Origin: Nanobdellota archaeon
Lineage (GTDB): Archaea; Nanobdellota; Nanobdellia; Pacearchaeales; GW2011-AR1
Reading direction: 5' to 3'
Length of the DNA: 64,000 nucleotides
Assembly (NCBI GenBank): GCA_030611805.1
Contig: JAUWPB010000002.1
Coordinates: forward strand, 7,690-71,689
The position numbers and the translations under genes were made by a program. The notes below the pieces were generated by a model. It was given only the letters and a program-made list of their open reading frames with translations. It searched no databases and was not told the origin of the DNA. Shown in pieces: positions 54,228-63,629 of the stretch; positions within the stretch are counted from its first letter, which is position 1; the number at the start of each line of letters is the position of its first letter.

Positions 54228-54644
54228 ATGGCTGAAAATAAATTAAAAAGAATAATTGTTTCAGGGAAAAGAAAAACAGCAATTGCAAAAGCTGTTCTTG
54301 TAGAAGGGACTGGAAAAATTAGTGTAAATAAAAAAAATTATAAAAATTTGCAAATGTTTGACAGGTTTAAAATTGAAGAACCAATAAGACTTGCTGAGAA
54401 TATTCTTGGAAAAATAAATTTTGATGTAGCAATTAGTGTGAAAGGTGGCGGGGAAAAAGGCCAGATTGAAGCCGCCAGACTTGCATTGGCAAAGGCAATT
54501 GTTGAGTTTTCAAAATCTGAAGAATTAACAAAAGCATTTTTAGCCTATGACAGAAATTTGCTTGTTGCAGATGTTAGAAGAAAGGAAGCCTACAAGCCAG
54601 GAGATAGTAAAGCGAGGAAGAAAAGGCAGAGTTCTAAGAGATGA
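54228..54644 (+). CDS. rps9: 30S ribosomal protein S9 (uS9)
   Basis: 'SGKRKTAIAKAV', 'GGGEKGQIEAARLALAKA', and a C-terminal basic tail ending KR. Start set at ATG 54228, because the 17-codon upstream extension is a GC-rich hairpin region. Confidence 0.85.
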   Translation: MAENKLKRIIVSGKRKTAIAKAVLVEGTGKISVNKKNYKNLQMFDRFKIEEPIRLAENILGKINFDVAISVKGGGEKGQIEAARLALAKAIVEFSKSEELTKAFLAYDRNLLVADVRRKEAYKPGDSKARKKRQSSKR

Positions 54645-54817
54645 TTGAAAATTGAAGTAATTATAAAAGGGTAACAGAGAGTAAGGTTTATATAGCAAAA
54701 AATTAAGGTAAATTCATGACAAAAATATTAGAGCTTAGATACTCTTCCCCTCTTCCAGAAGAAGAGAATAAAAACAGAGAATGGATTGGTTCAGTATTAG
54801 AAAATATGGGTTACTAA

Positions 54818-55051
54818 ATGATTCCACTTAAAGGGGGACTCTTGGGGAGAAGAGAGATAGATGGGGAAACTTATAGTTTTGGGGAACTTTTTTATACGCC
54901 AAAAAATAGAAAAAATTTAGAATTGTCTGTAAAAGAAGTAGAACAAATTAAAGAAAGAACTTCTCATCTAATTACCCATATTAAAACTTATGACCTTCAC
55001 CAAGATCTCACAAGTTCCGCAGTGGAATTACTTTTAAAATCCAAAAAATAG
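54818..55051 (+). CDS. hypothetical protein
   Basis: ORF only. It is preceded by a 33-codon ORF (54717-54818) with a TAAATG junction. Confidence 0.25.
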   Translation: MIPLKGGLLGRREIDGETYSFGELFYTPKNRKNLELSVKEVEQIKERTSHLITHIKTYDLHQDLTSSAVELLLKSKK

Positions 55052-55068
55052 TATAAAATAATCATTAA

Positions 55069-55704
55069 TCATTTTCCCCTCTTCAACCCCTCTAACTTAT
55101 TCTGGACATGATTAAATAAAGTTGAAGAAAGAAGTGGCTGGTGATTGCCTTGGTGTGTCTGGCCGTCAAATTTAATTTTTCCAAGATAGGTTTGATTTGA
55201 AAGAACTTTTTTTAGCCCGTTTACAGAAAACCCATATTTTTTTGCTAACTTTGTTAAACTAATTTTTTGATTTAAAAAATCCTGAAAAATTTCCTGAACA
55301 ATGTATGAATTTTCAGACGGAATTATTTTTTTATTTTCTAATTTATAACCAAACGCCGCCCTTGTGACAATGTTTCCTTTATTAAACTTTAAAACCATTC
55401 CTTTTTTTGTTCTCTTGGAAATGGATTTTTGAGATTTTCTGAAAGTCTCCAAAAGATCCCCATCAATTTTTTCAGAAATATAGACCTCAAATTCTTTCTC
55501 ATCATCCGGAGCATAATAATGGCAGATAGAACATAAAGTTACTAAATTATTAATACTATCTTCTCCTCCTTTAACCTTCATTTTTATGTGATGTACTTCC
55601 AAGTCATCTAATAGTGCATAAAACCCACATTTTTGGCACTTAAATTTATCTCTGCTAAATACTTCTGATTTTATTTTAAAAGAGACTGTTAATCTTTTTG
55701 ACAT
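55069..55704 (-). CDS. HNH endonuclease domain fused to a serine-recombinase-type 'Recombinase' DNA-binding domain (no resolvase catalytic domain)
   Basis: N-terminus 'CQKCG..LEVHHI..GGEDSINNLVTLCSICH'. C-terminus 'AFGYKLENKK..YIVQEIFQDFLN.KISLTKLAKKY..VLSNQTYLGKI..HQPLLSSTLFNHVQ' resembles the domain that follows the resolvase core in large serine recombinases. Confidence 0.55.
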   Translation of the reverse strand: MSKRLTVSFKIKSEVFSRDKFKCQKCGFYALLDDLEVHHIKMKVKGGEDSINNLVTLCSICHYYAPDDEKEFEVYISEKIDGDLLETFRKSQKSISKRTKKGMVLKFNKGNIVTRAAFGYKLENKKIIPSENSYIVQEIFQDFLNQKISLTKLAKKYGFSVNGLKKVLSNQTYLGKIKFDGQTHQGNHQPLLSSTLFNHVQNKLEGLKRGK

Positions 55705-55705
55705 T

Positions 55706-56542
55706 TTATATTCCCATCATATGATCTAATGGATTTTTTATTTTTTTTAATTCTTCGGTTGAAACGTGTGTGTATATTTGAGTTGTTGAAAGATCTGCAT
55801 GCCCCAACAATTCTTGTATTTTTCTTATGTCCACATTATTTTCTAAAAGATGGGTGGCAAAACTATGCCTAAGAGTATGAGGAGAAACTTTTTTATTGAT
55901 TTTAGCCTTTTTTGCAGCATTTCTTACGATTTTTTGTATATTCCTATCAGATAATTTTCCTTTTGGACCAGTAAATAAATACTCCTCCTCATTTTCTTGT
56001 TGTTTTCTCGCCTGTTTTTTTAAATTTTTTAATAAAAATTGAGGAATATTAAAGATTCTATCTTTTTTTCCTTTTGCTTGTCGTAAATACCCAATCATTT
56101 CCTCAAAATCTAAATCAGAAATTTTAAGATTAACCAACTCTGATACCCTAAAACCTGATGCATAAATTAACCATGTCATTAATTTGCTCTTTTTTGTGGG
56201 AACATGCTCAAGAAGTTTAATTACTTCATTTTTGGTTAAAACTGCTGGAAGTTTTTTCTCTTTTTTTGGGCGTTTTATTCCCATTGTTACATCTCTCTTT
56301 AAAATGGTAGAAAAGGAAAATCTTAATGCAGATAAAAAAACAATAATTGTTGCAGCCGCATTTTCTGTTAGTTTTTCTGCCATATAGAATTTAATGTCAT
56401 CTGATGTGATATTATCTGGCTCTTTTTCCAGGAAATTAAATATTTTTTTATTAACATCTAAATAGTTGCGAATAGTATATTTAGAATTTTTAGAAATCTT
56501 TAATTCAATCTCTAACTTCTTCAAAAATTCCTCTTTTTTCAT
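55706..56542 (-). CDS. xerA: tyrosine recombinase, XerA/XerC/D-like
   Basis: 'SPHTLRHSFATHLLENNVDIRKIQELLGHADLSTTQIYTHV' (R..H..R/H..Y catalytic set) plus a SAM-like N-domain. Confidence 0.8.
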   Translation of the reverse strand: MKKEEFLKKLEIELKISKNSKYTIRNYLDVNKKIFNFLEKEPDNITSDDIKFYMAEKLTENAAATIIVFLSALRFSFSTILKRDVTMGIKRPKKEKKLPAVLTKNEVIKLLEHVPTKKSKLMTWLIYASGFRVSELVNLKISDLDFEEMIGYLRQAKGKKDRIFNIPQFLLKNLKKQARKQQENEEEYLFTGPKGKLSDRNIQKIVRNAAKKAKINKKVSPHTLRHSFATHLLENNVDIRKIQELLGHADLSTTQIYTHVSTEELKKIKNPLDHMMGI

Positions 56543-56700
56543 AAAAATGATTGTAAGAACTTGTTTATAAATTTTAGTTATAATTTAAAGGTTGTTACAA
56601 TATACATTATACGAAGTTTTGATAAATAAAACTTCTTTTATTCACTAAGGTTGCCTAAGTTAATGGATTTTAAATATAAATAAGAAAATCGTGTTAAAAT

Positions 56701-57024
56701 TCATTTCTTTTCTTTTAAAAAATAGGCTGTAATATAGATTAATAAAATACTAATTATTGTGATAAATATTGAGGTCAAAATGCTTGAAAAAGATGAGCTT
56801 TGGATGTGAATAAAAAAATTAACAAAAGACTGAGACAAATCAAAAATTGTTTGTCGCCATGTAAATGCAATAGTAAGTCCCAATGTAATTACAATTAACA
56901 TCCTTAATTGTCTTTTAAATTCGCTTTCAAAATTCCTGCCTTTAATAAAAAATCTATATAATTTCTTTTTCATTTTTTCAAAAGTTAAATTAAGTTTATA
57001 AAATGTTTTGAAATTTGGTAGCAA
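56701..57024 (-). CDS. small membrane protein (2 TM)
   Basis: ORF with two hydrophobic helices. The real start is probably the internal Met ('MKKKLYRFF', about 56973). Confidence 0.3.
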   Translation of the reverse strand: MLPNFKTFYKLNLTFEKMKKKLYRFFIKGRNFESEFKRQLRMLIVITLGLTIAFTWRQTIFDLSQSFVNFFIHIQSSSFSSILTSIFITIISILLIYITAYFLKEKK

Positions 57025-57108
57025 ATTTTTTAATTTATTTTGGTTTTTGGCAGATGTTGTGCACTTAGGTTGGCTTAGTTCATATTAATTAAATAATTTT
57101 TGTGGCAA

Positions 57109-57257
57109 GGGTGTTTAAACAGGCTGTTTGTTGTATTTTATAGACGGGAAAAAATTAATTTTTCAAAAAATTAAACAGCTTGTTTAAAATTAGTCTGGGT
57201 GTTTAAGGGTGTTTAAACAGGCTGTTTAAGGGTGTTTTTTTAATTAAACAGCTGTTT
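57109..57257. repeat. iteron-like array: GGGTGTTT(AA) x4 and TTAAACAG(G/-/T)CTGTTT x4
   Basis: GGGTGTTT at 57109, 57197, 57207, 57230. AAACAGGCTGTTT at 57116 and 57214, AAACAGCTTGTTT at 57173, and perfect palindrome AAACAGCTGTTT at 57246. Confidence 0.85.
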
Positions 57258-57361
57258 TTTTATGATTTTTAACAAATAAATATTAAAGTTTATCATTAGT
57301 AAAAAATAATTTATACCGACGAAAACAAAAGATTTTTAAAGATAATTTCATAAAAGATATT

Positions 57362-58024
57362 ATGTTTGGTTGGTTTTTTAAAAATAAAGAGGTTGAGAAG
57401 GTTAAAGAAGAAACAAAAAAAGGTTTTGAATCTGTGAAAAAAGATATAACTTCTGTAAGTGGTTGGATTAAACACCTTGATTCTGAGAAAAATATTCAAA
57501 AAAAAGAAATAGGGGAGCTAAAAGAAGTTTTATCGTCGATACAAAATGAAATTGAAGGATTAAAAAATGTTTTTTCTATTACAAATGAATTAAAACCAAA
57601 TACCAGATTTAAAAATTCTAAACAGCTGTTTGGACAACCAACAGCTGTTTATGCTGTTCAAACAGCTGTTCAAACAGCTGTTCAAACACCAAATTTAAGC
57701 CAATTTTCAATAACTGAAAAAGCAATATTATGGATATTGTTAAATACAGATATGAAACTAAGTTATGATGATTTGGCATCTATGTTAGGAAAAGAAAAAT
57801 CTACCATTAGAGGGCAAATAAATACTATAAAACAGAAAAGTGAGAATATAATAGAGGAACTAATTGAACAAAATGGTAAAAAAAGACTATATATCCCTGA
57901 AAATGTTAAAGAAAAAATGTTGAAAAGGTCGAAAGTGAGTGTTAAAACCAATAAAAACTTAAAAAATAAGGAAAAACGCAGTTTAAAAAATAAAAAAGAG
58001 AGGGTTAGGATTACAAAAACTTAA
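57362..58024 (+). CDS. coiled-coil + winged-helix DNA-binding protein with AVQT x3 linker
   Basis: N-terminal heptad-like region, 'AVQTAVQTAVQT' encoded by 12-nt tandem repeats, wHTH-like 'ITEKAILWILLN..LSYDDLASMLGKEKSTIRGQI', and a basic tail. Confidence 0.45.
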   Translation: MFGWFFKNKEVEKVKEETKKGFESVKKDITSVSGWIKHLDSEKNIQKKEIGELKEVLSSIQNEIEGLKNVFSITNELKPNTRFKNSKQLFGQPTAVYAVQTAVQTAVQTPNLSQFSITEKAILWILLNTDMKLSYDDLASMLGKEKSTIRGQINTIKQKSENIIEELIEQNGKKRLYIPENVKEKMLKRSKVSVKTNKNLKNKEKRSLKNKKERVRITKT

Positions 58025-58142
58025 AAAAAGATAATAAAAATAACTTAAAAACCAAAAAAAGAGAGATTTAATATTATTAAACTTAAAAAACAAATACGGG
58101 GTGATAAGTTATCCTATTAACAGGACAAGTTTTTTTATACGT

Positions 58143-58862
<720 letters not shown>

Positions 58863-58909
58863 AATAAAAATAAAACTCAGGAGTATAAAAACTTTAAGAT
58901 ACTGTAATA

Positions 58910-59191
58910 TCAAAAAGATTTAATGTTTTGGTGGTGTTTGTAGATTTGGTATGTGGGGTCGCTTAATTTCCATCTTGATCTTCTTATATAAGGTATTCCA
59001 TTGGGATTTTTCTTTATTTCAACCACTAAGTTCTTGTTTTTTAACTCTAATAAAAGTTTTTTAATAAACTCTTCGTCCCGGGCTATTTCCTGAGCTATGT
59101 GTAATGTAAAAAGGGGTTTTGGTGTAATTGAATAAAGTAAGGCAAGAATCTGTTCAAAAATTTTTTCCTTTTTCTTTGTTGAAATTTTCAT
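58910..59191 (-). CDS. small winged-helix protein
   Basis: 'IFEQILALLYS..PLFTLHIAQEIARDEEFIKKLLLELKNKNLV' has a wHTH-like pattern. It lies immediately upstream of 58143-58862 on the same strand. Confidence 0.4.
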   Translation of the reverse strand: MKISTKKKEKIFEQILALLYSITPKPLFTLHIAQEIARDEEFIKKLLLELKNKNLVVEIKKNPNGIPYIRRSRWKLSDPTYQIYKHHQNIKSF

Positions 59192-59277
59192 AACTTAAAA
59201 GAGAAAAAAGATTTATTTAAAGGTTTCTTGAAGCCCAAAAATTAGAAAATAATTTATAATTAATTATAAAAGAAAAA

Positions 59278-59703
59278 TTATTCTTTTTTCTCTTCAGATT
59301 TCTGCTTTTTTAAAGACGGTAAAGATATATGTAAAGGTAAATTCACTTCATCTTCCAATTGCAAAGCCTTTAAATTAGATTTTCTTAAAATAATATTAAA
59401 CAAAGGTAATTTAAAATCTTCTGGAACTTTTTTATCTTTCCATTGTTTTAAAATATTTTTTGCTATTTTTGGATCAACTGCAAAAAGAACATTCCCAATA
59501 AATTCTATTTTAGCAAAATTAGGGTCATAAATTATATCATAACTAAATTTAATACTAATAAATTCTTCTTTTGCTTTGAAAAAATCAGACTTGACTTCAT
59601 TTATTTCTAAAATATTGATATTTGTGTTAATTTTTAAATTTTCAATTTTATCAGAAAATTTTTCTACATTTATTTTAACAAAGTTAAATCCAACTAATCT
59701 CAT
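59278..59703 (-). CDS. hypothetical protein
   Basis: ORF only. The beta-rich pattern is faintly SecB-like, but this is not supportable by eye. Confidence 0.3.
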   Translation of the reverse strand: MRLVGFNFVKINVEKFSDKIENLKINTNINILEINEVKSDFFKAKEEFISIKFSYDIIYDPNFAKIEFIGNVLFAVDPKIAKNILKQWKDKKVPEDFKLPLFNIILRKSNLKALQLEDEVNLPLHISLPSLKKQKSEEKKE

Positions 59704-59758
59704 TTTATTCTTAAAAAAATTGTATTTTTAAATATTTAGATGATATAAAAAGGGTTGA

Positions 59759-60019
59759 TTAAATTAAATCTTCTTCTGAAACAATAACAAAATCTCCAAT
59801 AGCAATAATTGCGCTATAAGGTATTAAGAGTTCGTTTAAACTTGTTCTTTCTAAATTAAGATTTTTTATATAAGGTGTTGAATCTTTTATAACAAGATTA
59901 ATGAGTTCTCCTGACCTTGTTTCAAAAGTTATATCTTTAACAAAACCTAATCTTTTTCCTTCTTTAGTTACAATCATTTTTCCTACAACTGTACTAAATA
60001 AATTTTTATTATTTTGCAT
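59759..60019 (-). CDS. PRC-barrel domain protein
   Basis: 'VVGKMIVTKEGKRLGFVKDITFETRSGELINLVI' and 'LIPYSAIIAIGDFVIV'. Start set at ATG 60019. The GTG-initiated extension to 60115 is low-complexity and ends at the edge of ORB1 (60113-60141), overlapping it by only 3 nt. Confidence 0.55.
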   Translation of the reverse strand: MQNNKNLFSTVVGKMIVTKEGKRLGFVKDITFETRSGELINLVIKDSTPYIKNLNLERTSLNELLIPYSAIIAIGDFVIVSEEDLI

Positions 60020-60112
60020 GTTTAAATTAAGATAATATAATTTTATAAACTTTTCTGTGGAGAAAAATAGATTTAGAAGTATATAATAAATCAATTTTAT
60101 TTGGTAATTGGG

Positions 60113-60141
60113 CACAGACCCCTTGGTTTCTTATAGAAAGC
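60113..60141 (-). promoter_or_regulatory. origin recognition box (ORB)-like element 1, inverted
   Basis: Minus strand reads GCTTTCTATAAGAAACCAAGGGGTCTGTG: the dyad TTTCTATAAGAAA followed by a G-string. Confidence 0.6.
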
Positions 60142-60200
60142 TTTAAAAAGAAATTTTTAATTTTTGGAGTTTTTATTTTATTTATAAAAATTTATATTAT

Positions 60201-60273
60201 ATAATATATATAATAAGTGTAATAATATATATAATAAGTGTAATAATATATATAATAAGTGTAATAATATAAT
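60201..60273. repeat. 21-bp tandem repeat x3 (TAATAAGTGTAATAATATATA)
   Basis: Copies at 60211-60231, 60232-60252 and 60253-60273 (the last 2 nt diverge), with a partial unit before them. Confidence 0.9.
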
Positions 60274-60527
60274 TAATAAGTAATAAGTAATAAATAATAA
60301 TATACATAAAATAAAAAGTATAAGATTTTATATTAAAACAGAATTTTTTGAAATTAAATAAGATTAATAATTTAATAATAAATTTAATAAATAATAATTT
60401 TAATATTTTAATAAATAATAGTATTTTTAATCTTAATATTTCAAAAATAATTAATGGTTTTTTGTGTTTTTAATTACTAAAAATATATAAATAAAAATTC
60501 AAAATTATCTACACTTTAAAATTAGTT

Positions 60528-60550
60528 ATTTCCATTAGAAGTAAAGGTGT
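60528..60550 (+). promoter_or_regulatory. ORB-like element 2
   Basis: TTTCCATTAGAAGTAAAGGTGT shares TTTCCAT.AGAA..A..GTG with element 3. Confidence 0.5.
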
Positions 60551-60626
60551 ATTTCTTTTTTAGTAGTTATAATGATTTATATAATAAAAATATTTCTTAT
60601 CGTTGTAATATTTAAATTTACTATAA

Positions 60627-60651
60627 TTTCCATAGGAAATACAAGTGTGGG
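60627..60651 (+). promoter_or_regulatory. ORB-like element 3
   Basis: TTTCCATAGGAAATACAAGTGTGGG: dyad TTTCCATAGGAAA plus a G-string, resembling the archaeal ORB consensus. Confidence 0.6.
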
Positions 60652-60686
60652 AATAAGTTATTTAATAAATATTCAGGAAATTTAAA

Positions 60687-61928
60687 ATGACAACAGAACT
60701 TGATGAGATTTTTGAATCTTTTGATAAAAATATTATTTTTAAAGATAAATCTATATTACAAACAAGATATCAACCAGAAGAAATTCCTCATAGAATTGAA
60801 CAGATAAAACAAATTGGCTCAATACTTGCGCCGGTTTTAAGAGGTGAAAGAACAAGTAATTTATTTCTTTATGGGAAAACAGGAACAGGTAAAACTCTTT
60901 CAATCCAACATGTTAGTGATAAACTTTTGAAAAGAGTTAGTAAAAATGAAGGGTTTAAATTAAGAATTGAGTATTTGAATTGTAAATTAAAAAAAGTTTC
61001 TGATACTGAATATAGAATTTTAGCAGAACTTATTAAAAAATTAGGTGGAAGTGTACCTGCTACTGGATTGCCAACACAAGCCGTGTATAGTAAATTTATT
61101 GAGATTATTGATTCTGAGAAACAGTTGATTGTTTTAATTCTTGATGAGATTGATCAGACTGTTAAAAAAATTTCTAATGATTTTTTATATAATTTAACAA
61201 GGCTTAACTCTGAACTTTCTAAAACCCAAATATGTATTGTAGGAATTAGTAATAATTTAACTTTTTTAGATGAACTTGACCCAAGGGTGAGGAGTTCGCT
61301 TTCAGAGGAAGAGATTGTTTTCCCTCCTTATAATGCATTACAGTTGCAGGAAATTTTAAATAAAAGGGCAAAAGGGGTGTTTAAAGAAGGAGTCCTTCAA
61401 GATGGTGTTGTTGCTAAGTGTGCTGCTTTTGCTGCAAGAGAACATGGAGATGCAAGAAGAGCTTTAGATTTATTAAGGATTGCTGGGGAGTTAGCAGAGA
61501 GAGACGGTTCTAAAAAAGTTTTGTTAAAATATATTGATGAAGCCAATAATAAAATTGAAAGAGATAAAATTTTAGATGTTATTAAATCAGAACCAAGACA
61601 ATTTCAGCTTGTTTTGTATTCTATAATTCATTTGTCTGAGAGAAAAATAAAAAATTCTAAAAACAAGACAGGACAAACTAATGATTCTATTTTTACAGGA
61701 GATGTGTATAATTTTTATCAGGATTTGTGTGTTCAAAATAAATTAGAGGTTTTAACACAAAGAAGGGTGAGTGATATTATTCAGGAATTTGATATGCTTG
61801 GGATTATTAATGTCAGAGTTATTTCAAAAGGCAGAGGAGGGAGAATGAGAGAAATAAAATTAGCAATCTCAAAGAATATCCTTCAAAAAGCAAAAGAAAT
61901 TATTGAAGATTCTTTGAGTTATGGTTGA
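60687..61928 (+). CDS. cdc6: Orc1/Cdc6 replication initiator
   Basis: 'LFLYGKTGTGKT' Walker A, 'VLILDEID' Walker B, 'GDARRALDLLRIAGELAE' sensor region, and a C-terminal winged helix. Confidence 0.9.
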   Translation: MTTELDEIFESFDKNIIFKDKSILQTRYQPEEIPHRIEQIKQIGSILAPVLRGERTSNLFLYGKTGTGKTLSIQHVSDKLLKRVSKNEGFKLRIEYLNCKLKKVSDTEYRILAELIKKLGGSVPATGLPTQAVYSKFIEIIDSEKQLIVLILDEIDQTVKKISNDFLYNLTRLNSELSKTQICIVGISNNLTFLDELDPRVRSSLSEEEIVFPPYNALQLQEILNKRAKGVFKEGVLQDGVVAKCAAFAAREHGDARRALDLLRIAGELAERDGSKKVLLKYIDEANNKIERDKILDVIKSEPRQFQLVLYSIIHLSERKIKNSKNKTGQTNDSIFTGDVYNFYQDLCVQNKLEVLTQRRVSDIIQEFDMLGIINVRVISKGRGGRMREIKLAISKNILQKAKEIIEDSLSYG

Positions 61929-62011
61929 TTAAAAAACACAGACGTATTTTTTAAATAAAAGATTAAAAAACACAGCCGCATTTTTAATTAAATAAAAGAT
62001 CAAAAAACACT

Positions 62012-63577
62012 ATGGAACAAAAAGATATTTTAAAGTTTTGTTTGACTAAAGGACTTTTGTTGGATAAAGAAGTTTTAAGTTTATTTAGTGAAACAAATGA
62101 TTTTGAATCTGTAAAGTTAATTGTTGAAAAAATTAAAAATAATAGTCAACAGAGAATTATAACTAAAGGCATTTTTTATCAAAATAAAGAGGATGTTAAT
62201 CAAATTTTTTCTGGTCTTCCTGAAGAAAATCAAAAAATACTTGAAAAAATAAAAATTAAACTTGGATTAAGTATTGAAATATCAAAGGAGAAAGAAATTA
62301 TACCTTCTTTTCAAAACGAAAAAGAAAAAATTAATGAAATCAATGATGTAAGAATTACTTCCAAGAATCTTAGTTTTAATAAAAAAATAGAAGTTAAAGA
62401 TTTTGTTAAGTATTTTAGAAACAGGTTCGTTGAAATGAAAAATGTTTTGCAGGAACACCAAGAATTGAATAATTTGGTTTCAATAAATAAGATTTCAGGG
62501 AACAGACAAGGCATTTCTATAATTGGTCTTGTCTCTGATAAAAAAGTTACTAAGAATAAAAATATGTTGCTTGAGATAGAAGACCTGACAGGAAAAATCA
62601 AGGTTTTGATAAATCAGAACAAGTCAGAACTTTATAAAAAAGCAGAGGAGATAACTTTAGATTCTGTGATTGGGTTTAATGTTTCGGGAAATCGAGAAAT
62701 AGTTTTTGTAAATAATCTTTTTTTCCCGGATTCAATGATTGTTGAAAGAAAGAGGTCTTCTGTTGAAGAGTATGCTTTATTTATCGGAGATTTACATTTT
62801 GGAAGCAAATTATTTTTAGAAGAGAATTTTTTAAAATTTATTAATTATCTTAATGGAGAAGTTCCAAATACACCAGAGGTTGAGAAAATAAAGTATTTGT
62901 TTATTGTAGGGGATTTAATTACTGGTGTTGGGAATTATCCGAATCAGGAAAAGGATTTAGAAGTGGTTGACCTTGAAGAGCAATTTGAAAAGATTGCTGG
63001 GTTGCTAGGTAAGATAAGAAAAGACATTAAAATAATAATTTCTCCAGGGAATCACGATGGCGTGAGATTAATGGAGCCACAACCAGTATTTGATGAAAAA
63101 TATGCCTGGTCTTTATATAATATGAAGAATGTGATTTTGACAGAAAACCCCTGTAACTTAAATATTGGGGCAAAAGAAAATTTTTCTGGATTTGATGTCC
63201 TGACTTATCATGGGTTTTCTTTTCCTTTTTATGCAAATAATGTTTCTAAATTAATGTTGAAGAGAGCAATGAATTGTCCCGAGGAAATTATGAAGTATCT
63301 TTTAAAGAACAGGCATCTGGCCCCGACACATGCTTCTGCACAGTATTTTCCTTTAGAAGAAGATGCGTTAATGATACGGAAAACTCCGGATATTTTTGTT
63401 GCAGCCCATACACATAAAAGCGGGATTTCTTATTACAATAATATTTTAGTTATTTCAACTTCATGCTGGGAGAGTATGACTCCTTATCAGGAGAAATTTG
63501 GAAATGAACCAGATCATTGCAAGGTTCCGATGTTTAATTTAAAAACAAGGGCAGTAAAAATACTTGATTTTGAATAA
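62012..63577 (+). CDS. DNA polymerase II (PolD) small subunit DP1
   Basis: OB-fold middle region and calcineurin-like phosphoesterase motifs 'FIGDLHFGS', 'FIVGDL', 'PGNHDG', 'HGF', 'AAHTH'. Classic position next to cdc6. Confidence 0.85.
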   Translation: MEQKDILKFCLTKGLLLDKEVLSLFSETNDFESVKLIVEKIKNNSQQRIITKGIFYQNKEDVNQIFSGLPEENQKILEKIKIKLGLSIEISKEKEIIPSFQNEKEKINEINDVRITSKNLSFNKKIEVKDFVKYFRNRFVEMKNVLQEHQELNNLVSINKISGNRQGISIIGLVSDKKVTKNKNMLLEIEDLTGKIKVLINQNKSELYKKAEEITLDSVIGFNVSGNREIVFVNNLFFPDSMIVERKRSSVEEYALFIGDLHFGSKLFLEENFLKFINYLNGEVPNTPEVEKIKYLFIVGDLITGVGNYPNQEKDLEVVDLEEQFEKIAGLLGKIRKDIKIIISPGNHDGVRLMEPQPVFDEKYAWSLYNMKNVILTENPCNLNIGAKENFSGFDVLTYHGFSFPFYANNVSKLMLKRAMNCPEEIMKYLLKNRHLAPTHASAQYFPLEEDALMIRKTPDIFVAAHTHKSGISYYNNILVISTSCWESMTPYQEKFGNEPDHCKVPMFNLKTRAVKILDFE

Positions 63578-63629
63578 ATGTATTTTAATTTACATAAATA
63601 AATAAAAAGAAAAAAAGATTTTTTATGAA

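Larger units (their letters stand above)
60113..60686. other. putative chromosomal replication origin (oriC) upstream of orc1/cdc6
   Basis: About 570 bp with no long ORF (none in the supplied six-frame track) and extreme AT richness. Three ORB-like elements are arranged inverted around an AT tract containing 21-bp tandem repeats, directly adjacent to orc1/cdc6 and PolD. Confidence 0.7.

Noticed and set aside
60020-60115. GTG-initiated 32-codon N-terminal extension of the PRC-barrel ORF.
   Set aside because: The sequence (IKLIYYILLNLFF..) is low-complexity, and its GTG start codon (60113-60115) falls on the first 3 nt of the ORB-like element. An ATG at 60019 precedes the recognisable PRC-barrel domain.
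60201-60273. 21-bp tandem repeats considered as a CRISPR array.
   Set aside because: The repeats are directly adjacent with no spacers. They are almost pure A/T, and no cas genes are nearby. They fit an origin unwinding element instead.
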